NCBI GenBank assembly: GCA_963725865.1
Contig: CAVSAC010000009.1
Span: forward strand, 1 to 64,000
Direction: 5' to 3'
DNA: 64,000 bases
Source: Candidatus Eiseniibacteriota bacterium
GTDB lineage: Bacteria; Eisenbacteria; RBG-16-71-46
In this document: in pieces, positions 21,001 through 31,105 of the stretch
Layout: every line of letters starts with the position of its first letter
Numbering within the stretch: the first letter of the stretch is position 1
Notes under the pieces: model-generated
Seen by the model: only the letters and a program-made list of their open reading frames with translations
What the model was told of the DNA's origin: nothing
Database searches by the model: none
Translations under genes and position numbers: made by a program

Positions 21001-22958
21001 GCGATGTCGTAGGCGGGCTGGTTGGTCAGGAACGTCGGCGCGCCGAACTGTCCGTTGCCCACGCCGCCGCTGCCGAGACCGAGCTGCCGGCTCACGCCGC
21101 CGCCGCTGGACATCACCAGGTCGGCGATGCCGTCGCCGTCGAGGTCGCCGGACGCGAAGTCCGACGGCGCCCCGAAGCTGTTGCTCTGCGAGCTGCCGCT
21201 CGCGATCGACGCGCACAGCGAGACGAACGCGTTGCTGCTGTCGGCCGGCGTACCGCTCGCGGCGTCCGCGACGTGGATGCGCAGCTGGGACGTGGTGATG
21301 GCCGGCAGGTTCACGACCTCGCTGCCGTCGTTCGGGGTCGAGGCGATCAGCGTCTGGCGCGCGCCGCCGCCGACGTTGTACGCGATGCTCACGCTCGCTC
21401 CCGCCGGCAGCTGCGAGCTGGTCCAGGTGACCGTGGTCGGCGTGAACGCCCGCAGCGACTCGCCCCCGTTGGGCGAGGTCACGGTGAGCGTCGGGTTGAA
21501 GCGCGAGCCATCGGCCGCGAGGTGCTGGGCGTACAGGTCGCGGCCCTTGGTGGCGTCGTCGCGACGGTCGGTCCACGCCACCAGGATGCCGGTCACGGGG
21601 TCGATCGTCAGCACCGGCTCGTCCTGAACGCCGTCGCCGGGGCTGGTGCCGGTGACCGACTGGCGCCAGGTGCGCACGCCGTTGAGGTCGAGGTGGGCGG
21701 CGCCGATGTCGTCCTGGCCCAGCACGGTGGTGAAGAACAGGTCCACGTACACCACGTACACGCCGTCGGCGCCGTCGCTCTCCATGCGCGGGCTGCGCTG
21801 GGTGCCGGTGGCGGTGTCGATGGGGGCGCCGGTCGCGCCCCACAGCAGCGTGCCGGTGGAGCCGAGGCGCTGGGCGTAGAGGTCCTGCGCGTGATTGAAG
21901 CCGTTCGGCCCCGGCCGGTTCGAGTCGCGTCCGTCCACCCAGCCGAGGATCGCGCCGGAGCCCGAGGGCACGATCTTCAGATTGAACGGCACCAACGGAT
22001 CGTCCCACGCGGTGTTGAGCCGCGTGAACACGCTCACGCCGTTCGCGCCCCACTGCGTCACGCCCGAGATGCTGAGCTTCTGGGCGCGGATGGTGTCGGC
22101 CACCATCCAGGTCACGACCAGCTGCGACAAGGTGCTGTACGCATGCGAGGCGAGGCTCGCGGAGGTCACGGCGTTGTGGTAGAGGGTGACGCCGTTCGCG
22201 CCCCACAGCACCGCGCCCGCGGTGGTGACGCGGTTGGCGAACACGCCGATGCGCGACACCGCGCTGATCACCCGCGCGGCGTTCCACGACAGCACCGCGC
22301 CGTCGCCGAGGTTGGTGATGTCGAGGTTGAGGGGGATGTCGCCGGACGCCAGCAGGACCCCGCCCGCGGCCCACTGCTCGGTGCCGTCGAGGGCGATGCG
22401 CTGCGCGCGCACGCCGCCGTCGCCGTAGGCGAGCAGCAGCGCGCCGGTCGAGGCGACGTCGATGTCGAAGTCGCTCGCGAAGGTGCCGAAGCGCTTGCCG
22501 CCGGCGGTGAGCTGGAACACGCCGTTGGCATCGACGCGCTGCACGTACACGCCCGGCGTGCCGGCGCGCGTGTCGGGCCAGGCGATCCAGGCGCCGCCGT
22601 GAAGGTCGCTCATCACCTTCACCTGTCCGTTGGTGTTCAGGTTGCCGCCCGGGTTCACAACCAGCCCGGCATTGCCGTTCCACAGCGGCTGGCCGGTGGC
22701 CTGGTCGAGCCGCTGGACGCGGATCGAATCGACGCGGAACACGCACGCGGCGATCAACCCGCCGGCCCCGTCGGGGCACACCACCGTGCCGCGGGGCATC
22801 TGGTCCTGATACGCGACCTCTTCGTCCCGGGTGGTGTTGAACACCGGGTAGCCGCCGTAGGTCCAGGCGGCGGCCCGGGCCGGTGTCGGGGCCAGGGTGA
22901 GCAGGAGGAGGAGCAGCCCGGTGAGGGGCGGGGTGGGCCAGTGGTGTGGGGTCCGCAT
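18074..22958 (-). CDS. Giant secreted FG-GAP/VCBS-repeat protein (~1630 aa) with Ig-like 'PNGGE' modules and a C-terminal FlgD-Ig/T9SS-like domain (frameshift near 19525)
   Basis: Signal peptide; WxDxR..DLYAQ repeats; many DxxxDGxxD repeats; C-terminal AWPNP..VFDMQGRRVRTL..WDGR..ASGLYFVRA. Confidence 0.85.
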
Positions 22959-23114
22959 GGCAGGTCTCCCGGGGAAAGGGTGGCAGGGTCGGGGTGACGA
23001 CCACTGAGACCGCTCCCGGGTCGCGGAATCACAGCGCGTGTGTGCTGGGGGCGCCGCCGCGTTAGGATGGTGTCCCCGCCCGCGGCTCCCGCGGCCGGCG
23101 ACCCGAGGCCCCCC

Positions 23115-23687
23115 ATGACCGTCACGACCCTCGACACCTGGCGCACCGCGCGGCTGCGGCTCGAGCGCATGCTCCCGAGCGACCTGGACGACCTGGGCCG
23201 CATGAACCGCGACCCGGTGCTCATGGCCATGCTCGGCGGACCGCGCACCGAGGCCGCGACGCGCGAGTACCTGGTGCACCAGCTCGAGCACTGGGAGGCG
23301 CATCACTTCGGCATGTGGATGGTGCACGACGCCGCGAGCGGCGCGTTCGTGGGTCGTGCCGGGATGCACCACGCCGTGATCGACGGATGCCCCGAGACCG
23401 AGCTGGCGTACGCGCTGGTGCCCGCGGCCTGGGGCAACGGATTCGCCACCGAGCTGGCGGGCGCCTGCGCGCGGGCGGCGTTCGAGGTGCTGGGCCGTCG
23501 CGACCTGGTGGCGTTCACGCTGAGCGGGAACCTCGCCTCGCGGCGCGTGATGGAGAAGACCGGCTTCCGCTACGAACGCGGCTTCACCCACCGCGGCCAC
23601 CCGCACGTGCTCTACCGCCTCACCGCCGCGTCCTGGCACGCCGCCGCGTCCGCCGCGGCGCCCCTCGCCGCGCCCGCCGTCGGCTGA
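23115..23687 (+). CDS. GNAT family N-acetyltransferase (RimJ/RimL type)
   Basis: TARLRL, ELAYAL..AWGNGFATE, NLASRRVMEKTGF. Confidence 0.9.
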   Translation: MTVTTLDTWRTARLRLERMLPSDLDDLGRMNRDPVLMAMLGGPRTEAATREYLVHQLEHWEAHHFGMWMVHDAASGAFVGRAGMHHAVIDGCPETELAYALVPAAWGNGFATELAGACARAAFEVLGRRDLVAFTLSGNLASRRVMEKTGFRYERGFTHRGHPHVLYRLTAASWHAAASAAAPLAAPAVG

Positions 23688-23741
23688 CGCCCGGCGCCGG
23701 GCGGCCCCGCCGCATCGCGCCCCTCGCGGTGGCGCCGTCGC

Positions 23742-26700
23742 TCACGCCGCGCCGCGGTGCGAGCCGGCGCGGCCCGGGCCGCCGCCGGGCGGCGCCGCGG
23801 GCATCGCGCCGCGCGCGTCGATGCTCCACGCGCGCTCGACGCTCACGGTGAGGGCGCCGAGCGTGTCGTCGACCCGGCCCTCGACGCGCACCACCTCGCC
23901 GCGCGTCGGCCAGGCCGAACGCGCGGTAGGCGGGCGGGAACAGCACGCACTCGACCAGCCCGCTGGGGTCGGCGAGGGTGGTGAACAGCATGATGCCGCC
24001 GCCTCGCGTCTCGACCCGCCGCGTCGCGCACGGCAGGCCGCACACGCTCACGCGCCGCCCGACGTGGCGCGGCCAGCTCCGCGGCCGGCACCGTGCCCGC
24101 GAGCGCCGCCTCGGGCACCAGCGCGTCGAGCGGGTGCGCGCTGAACCACAGCCCGGTCGCGCGAACTCGCCGCGCACGCGGTCGGCGAGCGTGAACTCGG
24201 GCAGCTCCGGCAGGCCCGCCGACGGGTGCGCACCGCCGGCGCCAGCGGCGCGCCGCCGGGGCCGGCGAGCGTGGGAGCCGCCGCCGCGCGCGCCACGCCC
24301 GGCGCGGCTCGCCGCGGCGACGCGCGCCTCGAGCAGCAGCGACGGCGCGCGTGCGGCCCGTGCCGTCGAGCGCCCCGGCCAGCACGAGCGCCTCGAGCTC
24401 GGGCGGCGAGGGCCGCACGCGGTCGGCGAGGTCCGCGAGGCTCGCGAACGGACGCCGCGCCGACCAGGCGCTCGCCGGTCGCGTGCGAGAGCCCGGCGAC
24501 GCGGCGCAGCCCGACGCGCACCGCGCCGTCCGCCTCGAGCGCCGCGTCCCAGCCCGAGCGCTCCACGCACGGCGGCAGGAACGTCACGCCGCGGCGGCGC
24601 AGGTCCTCGACGTGCACCCACGTCGGGTACATGCCGGCGTGGTGGTTGAGCATCGCCGACCGCCCACTCGGCGGGGAAGTGCGTCTTGAGCTACGCGCTC
24701 TGCCAGCCGAGCACGCCGTAGCCGGCGGCGTGCGCCTTGCAGAACGCGTAGCCCGCGAAGCGCGCCAGCTCGCGCCACGTCGCGCGCGCCGCCGCCTCGG
24801 TCACGCCGGCGCGCGCGCCCTGCGCGACGAAGCCGCGCTCGAGGACGCGGAACTCCTCGTCGCCGCGCGCCTTGCCGATCGCGCGCCGCAGCGTCTCGCC
24901 CTCGGCGAGCGGCAGCCGGGCGAGCGCGGCGGCCACGCGCATGACGTCCTCCTCGTACAGCATCACGCCGTGCGTCCGGGCCCAGCGTGGCGCGCAGCCG
25001 CGGGTGCAGCACGGCTGACGGGCTCGAGCCCGCGCGGCGGCGGCAGAACGCCTCCTTCATGCTCGGCCGCCTCCGCGGAGCGCCGGCCGCGCCCGGGCGC
25101 ACCAGCGCGACCGCGGCGATGACCTCGTCGAGCGTGCGCGCCCGCAGCATGCGCAGCAGGTGGCGCATCGCGGGCGACTCGAGCTGGAAGCCGTTGAGCG
25201 TGTCGCCGGCCTCGATGCGCGCCGCGGTCGCGGGATCGTCGTCGGGGATGTGGTCCACGTCGAGGTCGAGCCCGTGGCGCTCGCGCACCCGGATCACGCA
25301 GTCGCCGATCTCGGACAGCGCGCGGTTGCCGAGCAGGTCCATCTTCACCAGCCCGATCGCCTCGATGGCGCGCATCTCGAACTGCGTGACCACGACGCTC
25401 CTTGTCGCCGCGCTCGAGCGGCACGTAGTGGGTCAGCGGCCGGTCGGCGATCACCAGGCCGCCGCAGTGGATGCTGAGGTGGCGTGGCGCGCCGTCGAGC
25501 TTCTCGGCCAGCGCCAGCGCTCGCGCCAGCACCGGCTCGCGCCAGTCCACGCCCGCCGCGCCGCCGTCGCCGAGCAGCCGGTCGAGGTAGGGCGCCTCGA
25601 GCGCTCGCGGCACGCGCTTGGCCAGCGCGTCGACGCGCGGCGCTCGGCACGCCCAGCGCCTTGGCGGTCTCGCGGAACGCCGAGCGCGCGCCGAGCGTGG
25701 AGTGGGTCGAGATCATCGCCACGCGGTCGGCGCCGTAGGTGCGGTAGACGTGCTCGATGACCTCGTCGCGCCGCCGCCAGCACAGGTCGATGTCGAGGTC
25801 GGGGCAGTCGCGCCGCGACGGGTGCAGGAAGCGCTCGAAGTAGAGCCCGTAGCGCAGCGGGTCGACGTTGGTGATGCCGAGCGCGTACGCCACGATCGAG
25901 CTGGCGCCGGAGCCGCGCCCCACGGTGGGGATGCCGCGCGCGCGCGCGAAGCCGACGATGTCGGCGACCAGCAGGAAGTAGTCGGTGAAGCCCATGCGCT
26001 CGATCATGCGCCAGCTCGTCGTCGAGGCGCGCCAGCGCCCTGGGCTCGTCACGGCGCCCAGCGCCGGCGCACGCCCTCGCGCCCGAGCCGGCGCAGTCGC
26101 GCGCCGCCGCTCTCGCCGTCGGCGAGCGGGGCGCGCGGGAAGATGGGCGTGCCCATCTCGAGCTCGAGCCGGCAGCGCGCCGCTAGCGCGGCGTTGTTCG
26201 CCAGCGCCGGCGCGGCGGCCTCGGGCACGCCGGCGGCGCCGCACACCGCGCGCACGCGCCGCACCCACTCGGCGGGCGCGGCGAGCCACGCCTCGGGCGC
26301 GCGCGAAGGCCGAGGGCGCCATGCGCTCGATCAGCTCGCCGGCGGCGGCAGTGACGGCGACGCGGTGCGTCTCGTGGTCGCGCGCGTCGAGCATCACCAC
26401 GTCGCCGGTGGCGACCAGCGGGACGCCGAGGCGGCGTGCGCCGGCGGCGCGCTCGGCGAGGCGGGTGCGCTCGACGGGCAGGCCGCGCACGCCGAGCCAC
26501 AGCCCGCCGGGGCGTGCGCCGGGGGTGCGCTCGTCGTCGCCGGCGGCGGCGGGCACGCCGGCACCGAGCAGCCCGGCGGCGAGGCCGGTGGACTCGACGA
26601 TGACGTGGAGTCCGGCGTGGCGCTCGGCAAGCGCGGCGGTGAGGTCGAAGCGCGCGTCGAGCTGGCGGCGGGTGATGAGCTCGCACAGGTGCGCCCAGCC

Positions 26701-26949
26701 GCGGCGGTCGAGGGGCAGCAGCAGGGCGGACCCGCTGGGATGGGCGATCTCGGCGCCGGCGAGGGCGCGCAGGCCCTCGGCCCGCGCGCCCTGCAGGAAG
26801 CGCACGGCGAGGTAGAGGTTGTCGCGGTCGGTGAGCGCGAGGGCGTCGTAGCCGAGCGCGCGCGCGCGCTGGACCAGCGCTTCGGGCGCGGCGGTGCCGT
26901 GGAGCAGCGAGCCGTGCGAGCGCACGCGCAGCGGGACGAAGGCGCTCAT
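23742..26949 (-). CDS. dnaE2: DNA polymerase III alpha subunit, error-prone DnaE2 type (multiple frameshifts and one in-frame TAG, likely assembly errors)
   Basis: Degenerate PHP (RVRSHGS, ALTDRDNL), GRGSGASS, LYFERFL, PDLDID, PRHLSIHCGG, KMDLLG, YAFCKAHA, C-terminal OB fold; same strand as and downstream of dinB. Confidence 0.85.
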
Positions 26950-27019
26950 CGGACGCTCGCGTCTGCGGCGCTCGATCGGGCGCCAGAACCGGCGCTCGAT
27001 CCGGCTCCTCCTCGGGCGA

Positions 27020-27279
27020 CGCGGCACGGGCTCGTCGGCGACCACCCGCTCGGCTCCGCCCTCCAGGCTCCGCCTCGCTCCTGCGGACACGCTCCGGGCA
27101 TCCCTGCCCTCCGCGTGTCCGCAGAGTGGTCGCCGCCGAGCCCGTGCCACGGCGCCCTCGGCGCGCGCTCGGCGGTGGCCGTCGCGGCCGCGGCTCCAGG
27201 CATCCCTGCCCTCCGCGCGTCCGCAGAGTGGTCGCCGACGAGCCCGTGCCGCGGCGCCCTCGGCGCGCGCGCGGCGGTG
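27020..27279. repeat. REP/BIME-like repeat cluster: two ~87-bp direct repeats (27091-27177, 27193-27279; period 102) plus a 26-bp inverted partial copy (27020-27045)
   Basis: GCTCCRGGCATCCCTGCCCTCCGCGYGTCCGCAGAGTGGTCGCCGMCGAGCCCGTGCC occurs twice; CGCGGCACGGGCTCGTCGGCGACCAC is the reverse complement of part of unit 2. Confidence 0.8.
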
Positions 27280-27283
27280 TGCC

Positions 27284-27958
27284 TCAGTCCGGGCCGAAGG
27301 CGGGCAGGGTGCGATCGCGGGTGGCGCGCAGGGTGACGTGCGGGAGCACGCCGGCGCGGAAGTGCCCGGGCACCAGGATGCGGGCGAGGAGCTGGTCGCC
27401 CCAGGCGCGCTCGTCGACGGACAGGTCGTGCTCCGTGCCGGCGAAGCGGAACGTGCACACGCCGAGGTCGCCCTCCTCCATCCATCCGAGCACCAGCCAG
27501 TGGCGCGCGGTCTCGCCGGGGGGCAGCCGCAACCACAACCGGGTCACGTCGAGATCGCCGACCCGCTCGGAGTGCTCCTCGATCACCATCGACTCGTCGA
27601 AGCGCATCACCTGGCGCAGCGCCAGCACCGCGGGCGTGCCGGCGGCGAAGCGTCCGCGCACCCACGCCGCGCTCGGCTCCACCACCATCGGCGGGTCGAA
27701 GCGCGGCGGCTGCGCGAGCGCGAAGCACAGCGCCTCGGCGCGGTGGCGCGGCGTCAACAGCGGCTCGCGGCGCGACCACGCGTCGAGCGCCCACCACGCC
27801 AGCGCGGTCAGCAGCAGCAGCGGCGCCGCGACGAGCAGCGGGCGCGCCAGCGGACGCAGCCACCGCAGCGCGCGCGCCTCGATCGCCGCGGGCGAGAGCG
27901 GCTCGGTGAGCAGGCGCACCAGCAGCGGGCGCGATGGAGGAGCCGGGGTGGGGTCCAT
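27284..27958 (-). CDS. Hypothetical membrane-anchored protein
   Basis: Intact 224-aa ORF with one hydrophobic segment and GGAGG RBS; no family recognised. Confidence 0.6.
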   Translation of the reverse strand: MDPTPAPPSRPLLVRLLTEPLSPAAIEARALRWLRPLARPLLVAAPLLLLTALAWWALDAWSRREPLLTPRHRAEALCFALAQPPRFDPPMVVEPSAAWVRGRFAAGTPAVLALRQVMRFDESMVIEEHSERVGDLDVTRLWLRLPPGETARHWLVLGWMEEGDLGVCTFRFAGTEHDLSVDERAWGDQLLARILVPGHFRAGVLPHVTLRATRDRTLPAFGPD

Positions 27959-28054
27959 GCCCTCCTGTCATCGGCCGGGGACGCCCGGCCGCTGAGGACG
28001 GCCGGGCGCTCCCCGGCGCCGCCGGGACGGGCCGGCGGGCCAGGGTCGCGGAGC

Positions 28055-28420
28055 TCACGTCGCGGGACGCTCCTCGAGCAGCCCGAGCGTGTTGCCGAAC
28101 GGGTCGCGCAGGCGCGCCATCCGGAGCGTGGGATCGATCGCGTGCGGCTCCGCCTCGGGCGTGGCGCCGAGTGCCACGAGGTGCGCCCACGCGGCGTCCA
28201 GGTCGGCGACGCGCCAGTAGGCGAGGCCGCCGCCGCCGCCGGGCGGGTGCGCCTGGGCGTCGGGGTCGAGTCCGAGCTCGAAGCCACCGACGTCGAAGCC
28301 GACGTAGAACGGGTTCTCGAAGTAGGGCGGCTTCTCGAGCGCCGAGGCGTACCACTGCTTCACGCGATCGAGGTCGGGCGCGGCGTAGATCACGCTGCGC
28401 AGTGCGAGCAGGTGCGGCAT
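28055..28420 (-). CDS. VOC (glyoxalase/bleomycin resistance) family protein
   Basis: PYFENPFYVGFDVGGFELGLDP, AYWRVADLD, RDPFGNTLGL. Confidence 0.9.
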   Translation of the reverse strand: MPHLLALRSVIYAAPDLDRVKQWYASALEKPPYFENPFYVGFDVGGFELGLDPDAQAHPPGGGGGLAYWRVADLDAAWAHLVALGATPEAEPHAIDPTLRMARLRDPFGNTLGLLEERPAT

Positions 28421-28460
28421 GGCGGTCTCCTTCCGGGTGGACGTGGGACGGCGGATCGCT

Positions 28461-29669
28461 TCACTTCGTCAGCGAGGGCGTGCGCAGCACGAAGCCGTGC
28501 TCGTCCTCGCCGAGGTGGCCTTTCAGGTGCAGCGCGCGGCCCGAGACCAGCACGCCGTGCCCGAAGCGCTCGCGCACGCCGTCGAAGGCGCGGAAGAGCG
28601 CGGCGCGGCGCCCGGCCTCGGGCTCGTCGAACAGCGCGCCCTGCTCGCCGCCGCCGCGCGCGAAGCGCGACAGCGCGAGCCCGACGCCGTGCAGCGCGAC
28701 ACGGCGCGTGAACTGGCGGCGCAGCGAGTCGAGCACGCTCGCCAGCACCACCGGGTCGGCATCCGACGGCGTGGCGAGCGCGCGCGTGCGCTCGCTCCAC
28801 TCGCCGTCGCTGTAGCGCAGGCGGCAGCTCACCGCCCCGGGCTTGAGCCCGAGCTCGCGCGCGGTGCGGCAGGCGCGGCCCACCAGGTACTCGAGCATGC
28901 CCTCGATCTCGGTGGGCTCGGCGGTGTCGCGGTGGAACGAGGTCTCGCGCGAGATCGAGAGCGGGATCTCACGCTCGCGCACCGCGGCGGTGTCGCGCCC
29001 ACGGCAGCGCTCGAACAGCAGCCGCCCGGGGGCGCCGAACAGGGTCTCGAGCGCGTCCGCCGGCAGCGCGCGCAGCTCGCCGATGGTGCGCACGTTCATC
29101 GAGCGCAGCGTCTTCGCATGGGCGTGGCCGATGCCGGCGAGCTGGTCGACGGGGCGGTCGCGCAGGAACGCGTCGGCCTCGTCGGCCTCGATGCGCGCTA
29201 GGCCGTCGGGCTTCACGGTCTTGCCCACCAGCTTCGCGAGCATGCGGTTCGGCCCGATGCCGCAGGTCACGGTCAGCCCGGTGTCGGCGCGGATGGCGTC
29301 CTTGAGCGCGCGCGCCGCCGCGCACGGGTCGCGGTGCAGGCGCTCGGTGCCGGTGAGGTCGCAGTAGGCCTCGTCGAGGTAGGTCTCGACCGCGGGCGCG
29401 ATGGCGCGGCAGTGCTCGAAGATGGTCTCGGCGAAGCAGCGGTAGACCTGCGCGTGGCCCTCGAGGACGACCGCTGCGGGGCACAGGCGGCGGGCCTCGG
29501 ACAGCGTCATGCCGGCCTTGAGCCCGAACGCGCGCGCCTCGTAGGAGCACGAGGCGATCACGCCGGCGCCGACGATGACCGGGCGGCCGCGTAGCCGCGG
29601 GTCGCGCTGCTGCTCGATGGCGGCGAAGAACGCGTCGATGTCCACGTGCAGGACCAGCGTCGCGCTCAT
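28461..29669 (-). CDS. dinB: DNA polymerase IV (Y family)
   Basis: LHVDIDAFFAAIEQ, SCSYEARAFGLKAGM, YLDEAYCD, LAKL..KPDG, SISRETSF; catalytic acidic residues intact. Confidence 0.9.
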   Translation of the reverse strand: MSATLVLHVDIDAFFAAIEQQRDPRLRGRPVIVGAGVIASCSYEARAFGLKAGMTLSEARRLCPAAVVLEGHAQVYRCFAETIFEHCRAIAPAVETYLDEAYCDLTGTERLHRDPCAAARALKDAIRADTGLTVTCGIGPNRMLAKLVGKTVKPDGLARIEADEADAFLRDRPVDQLAGIGHAHAKTLRSMNVRTIGELRALPADALETLFGAPGRLLFERCRGRDTAAVREREIPLSISRETSFHRDTAEPTEIEGMLEYLVGRACRTARELGLKPGAVSCRLRYSDGEWSERTRALATPSDADPVVLASVLDSLRRQFTRRVALHGVGLALSRFARGGGEQGALFDEPEAGRRAALFRAFDGVRERFGHGVLVSGRALHLKGHLGEDEHGFVLRTPSLTK

Positions 29670-29793
29670 GGCCGTGCTCCGTCCTTCGCCGCGGCGCACA
29701 TCGCCGGATCGACGGGTGCCGTCGGGTTCGTCGGGTGAGGGCGTGACGCGGAGTGCGTCGTGCCCGGCGCCGCGGCGAGCGAAGGAGCGTCCA

Positions 29794-30048
29794 TCAGCCC
29801 TCCAACGTGACCGAATCCAGCCACCACACCAGCTCGCCGCTCTGCAGCGTCAGCTGATAGACGTCGCCACTGGCGGCGGTGACCGAGAAGTGGAAGTGCG
29901 GATGCCGGGGCACGCGATCGATCCAACGGGCGTTCACGCGCGCGATGCGGATCTCGCGACCGCGGCGCTTGAAGGCGAGCGGGGTCACCGTCCCGCCCTG
30001 GAAGTCGGCGCGGACGGTGATGGCTTCAGCGATGGGTTCGGTTCGCAT
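29794..30048 (-). CDS. Small DUF6504-like protein associated with Y-family polymerases
   Basis: 84 aa: VTPLAFKRRGRE..VNARW..FHFSV..DVYQL..VWWLD; first gene after the palindrome. Confidence 0.65.
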   Translation of the reverse strand: MRTEPIAEAITVRADFQGGTVTPLAFKRRGREIRIARVNARWIDRVPRHPHFHFSVTAASGDVYQLTLQSGELVWWLDSVTLEG

Positions 30049-30071
30049 GTGGGACCTGGCGAACGGCAGTC

Positions 30072-30091
30072 TACTGCACATATGTGCAGCA
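30072..30091. promoter_or_regulatory. Putative LexA (SOS) box; perfect palindrome CTGCACATATGTGCAG at 30074-30089
   Basis: 16-bp perfect palindrome with CTG-N10-CAG spacing, 25 bp upstream of the dinB/dnaE2 cassette. Confidence 0.7.
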
Positions 30092-30199
30092 CGCAAGAGT
30101 CCGCTGAAAAGCGGGCCCGCCGGGGCCGATAACCCCTGCGCGGGCCGCGGGTCGCGTACGCGCTCGCACGCCCTCGTCCACCCCGCGAAGGAGACCGTC

Positions 30200-31054
30200 G
30201 TGAGACCCGTGAAGATGATGGTCGCGTCCGCGCTCGGCGCGGCCGTGCTGCTCGCCGCCATGGGCCTGGGTGCGGCGCCCGCGCCGCTCAAGACCAGCGA
30301 GTTCGGCTCCGGCCCCACCATCGTGCTGGTGCACGGGCTCGGTGGCTCGGGCCTGACCTGGATGCCGACCGCGCGCAAGCTGCTCGCCGACCATCACGTG
30401 GTGATGGTCGACCTGCCCGGTCACGGCGAGAGCCCGCTGCCCGACCCGTTCTCGCTCGACGCGGTCGCCGACGCGCTCGACGGCGTGCTGGCGCGGCAGC
30501 CGCAGCGCGCGCTCGTCGTCGGTCACGGTCTCGGCGGACTGGTGGCGCTCGCCGAGCTGCGCCGTCACCCCGAGCACGTGGGCGCCCTGGTGATCATCGA
30601 CGCCAGCGCGCGCTTCACCGTGCCGGTGGCCGACCAGCAGCAGAAGATGTTCCTCGACTACATCGACCAGAACTACGACGCCTTCCTCAGGCAGATGTTC
30701 ACCAGCCTCGGCCGCGACTCGGCGCAGGGTGTGGCGATCCACGCCCAGGCGAGCCAGGTGTCGAAGCTGGCGATGACGTCGTACATGCGCGCGCTGCTCA
30801 ACACCGACGAGTCGGCGGCGCTCAAGTCGCCGAAGGTGCCGGTGCTCTACATCGGCTCGGCGCGGGCGTGGCCGGACTCGGTGAGCTGGGCCGACCAGGC
30901 GAAGGCGCGCGGGTTCCCGGCCGGCGCCGAGATCGCGGCGCGGCGCATCGGCGCGAGCGGCTACTGGGTGATGCGCGACCAGCCCGACTCGCTCGCCGCG
31001 GTGCTCGCCGCGTTCGCGAAGCAGAATCTGGCGCCGATGGCCGCGGACCGCTGA
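30200..31054 (+). CDS. Secreted alpha/beta hydrolase-fold protein, apparently catalytically inactive
   Basis: LVHGLGG, VDLPGHGES; nucleophile elbow reads GHGLGG and the His site reads SGYWVM; AAGGAG RBS. Confidence 0.8.
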   Translation: MRPVKMMVASALGAAVLLAAMGLGAAPAPLKTSEFGSGPTIVLVHGLGGSGLTWMPTARKLLADHHVVMVDLPGHGESPLPDPFSLDAVADALDGVLARQPQRALVVGHGLGGLVALAELRRHPEHVGALVIIDASARFTVPVADQQQKMFLDYIDQNYDAFLRQMFTSLGRDSAQGVAIHAQASQVSKLAMTSYMRALLNTDESAALKSPKVPVLYIGSARAWPDSVSWADQAKARGFPAGAEIAARRIGASGYWVMRDQPDSLAAVLAAFAKQNLAPMAADR

Positions 31055-31105
31055 CATGGCGGTACGCGCGACCGGGTCCCGCGCGCCGGGCGAGGCGCGA
31101 CGGCG

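Noticed and set aside
27091..27279. Direct repeats as a possible CRISPR array
   Set aside because: Only two units of ~87 bp with a 15-bp gap and no cas genes; the geometry does not fit CRISPR.
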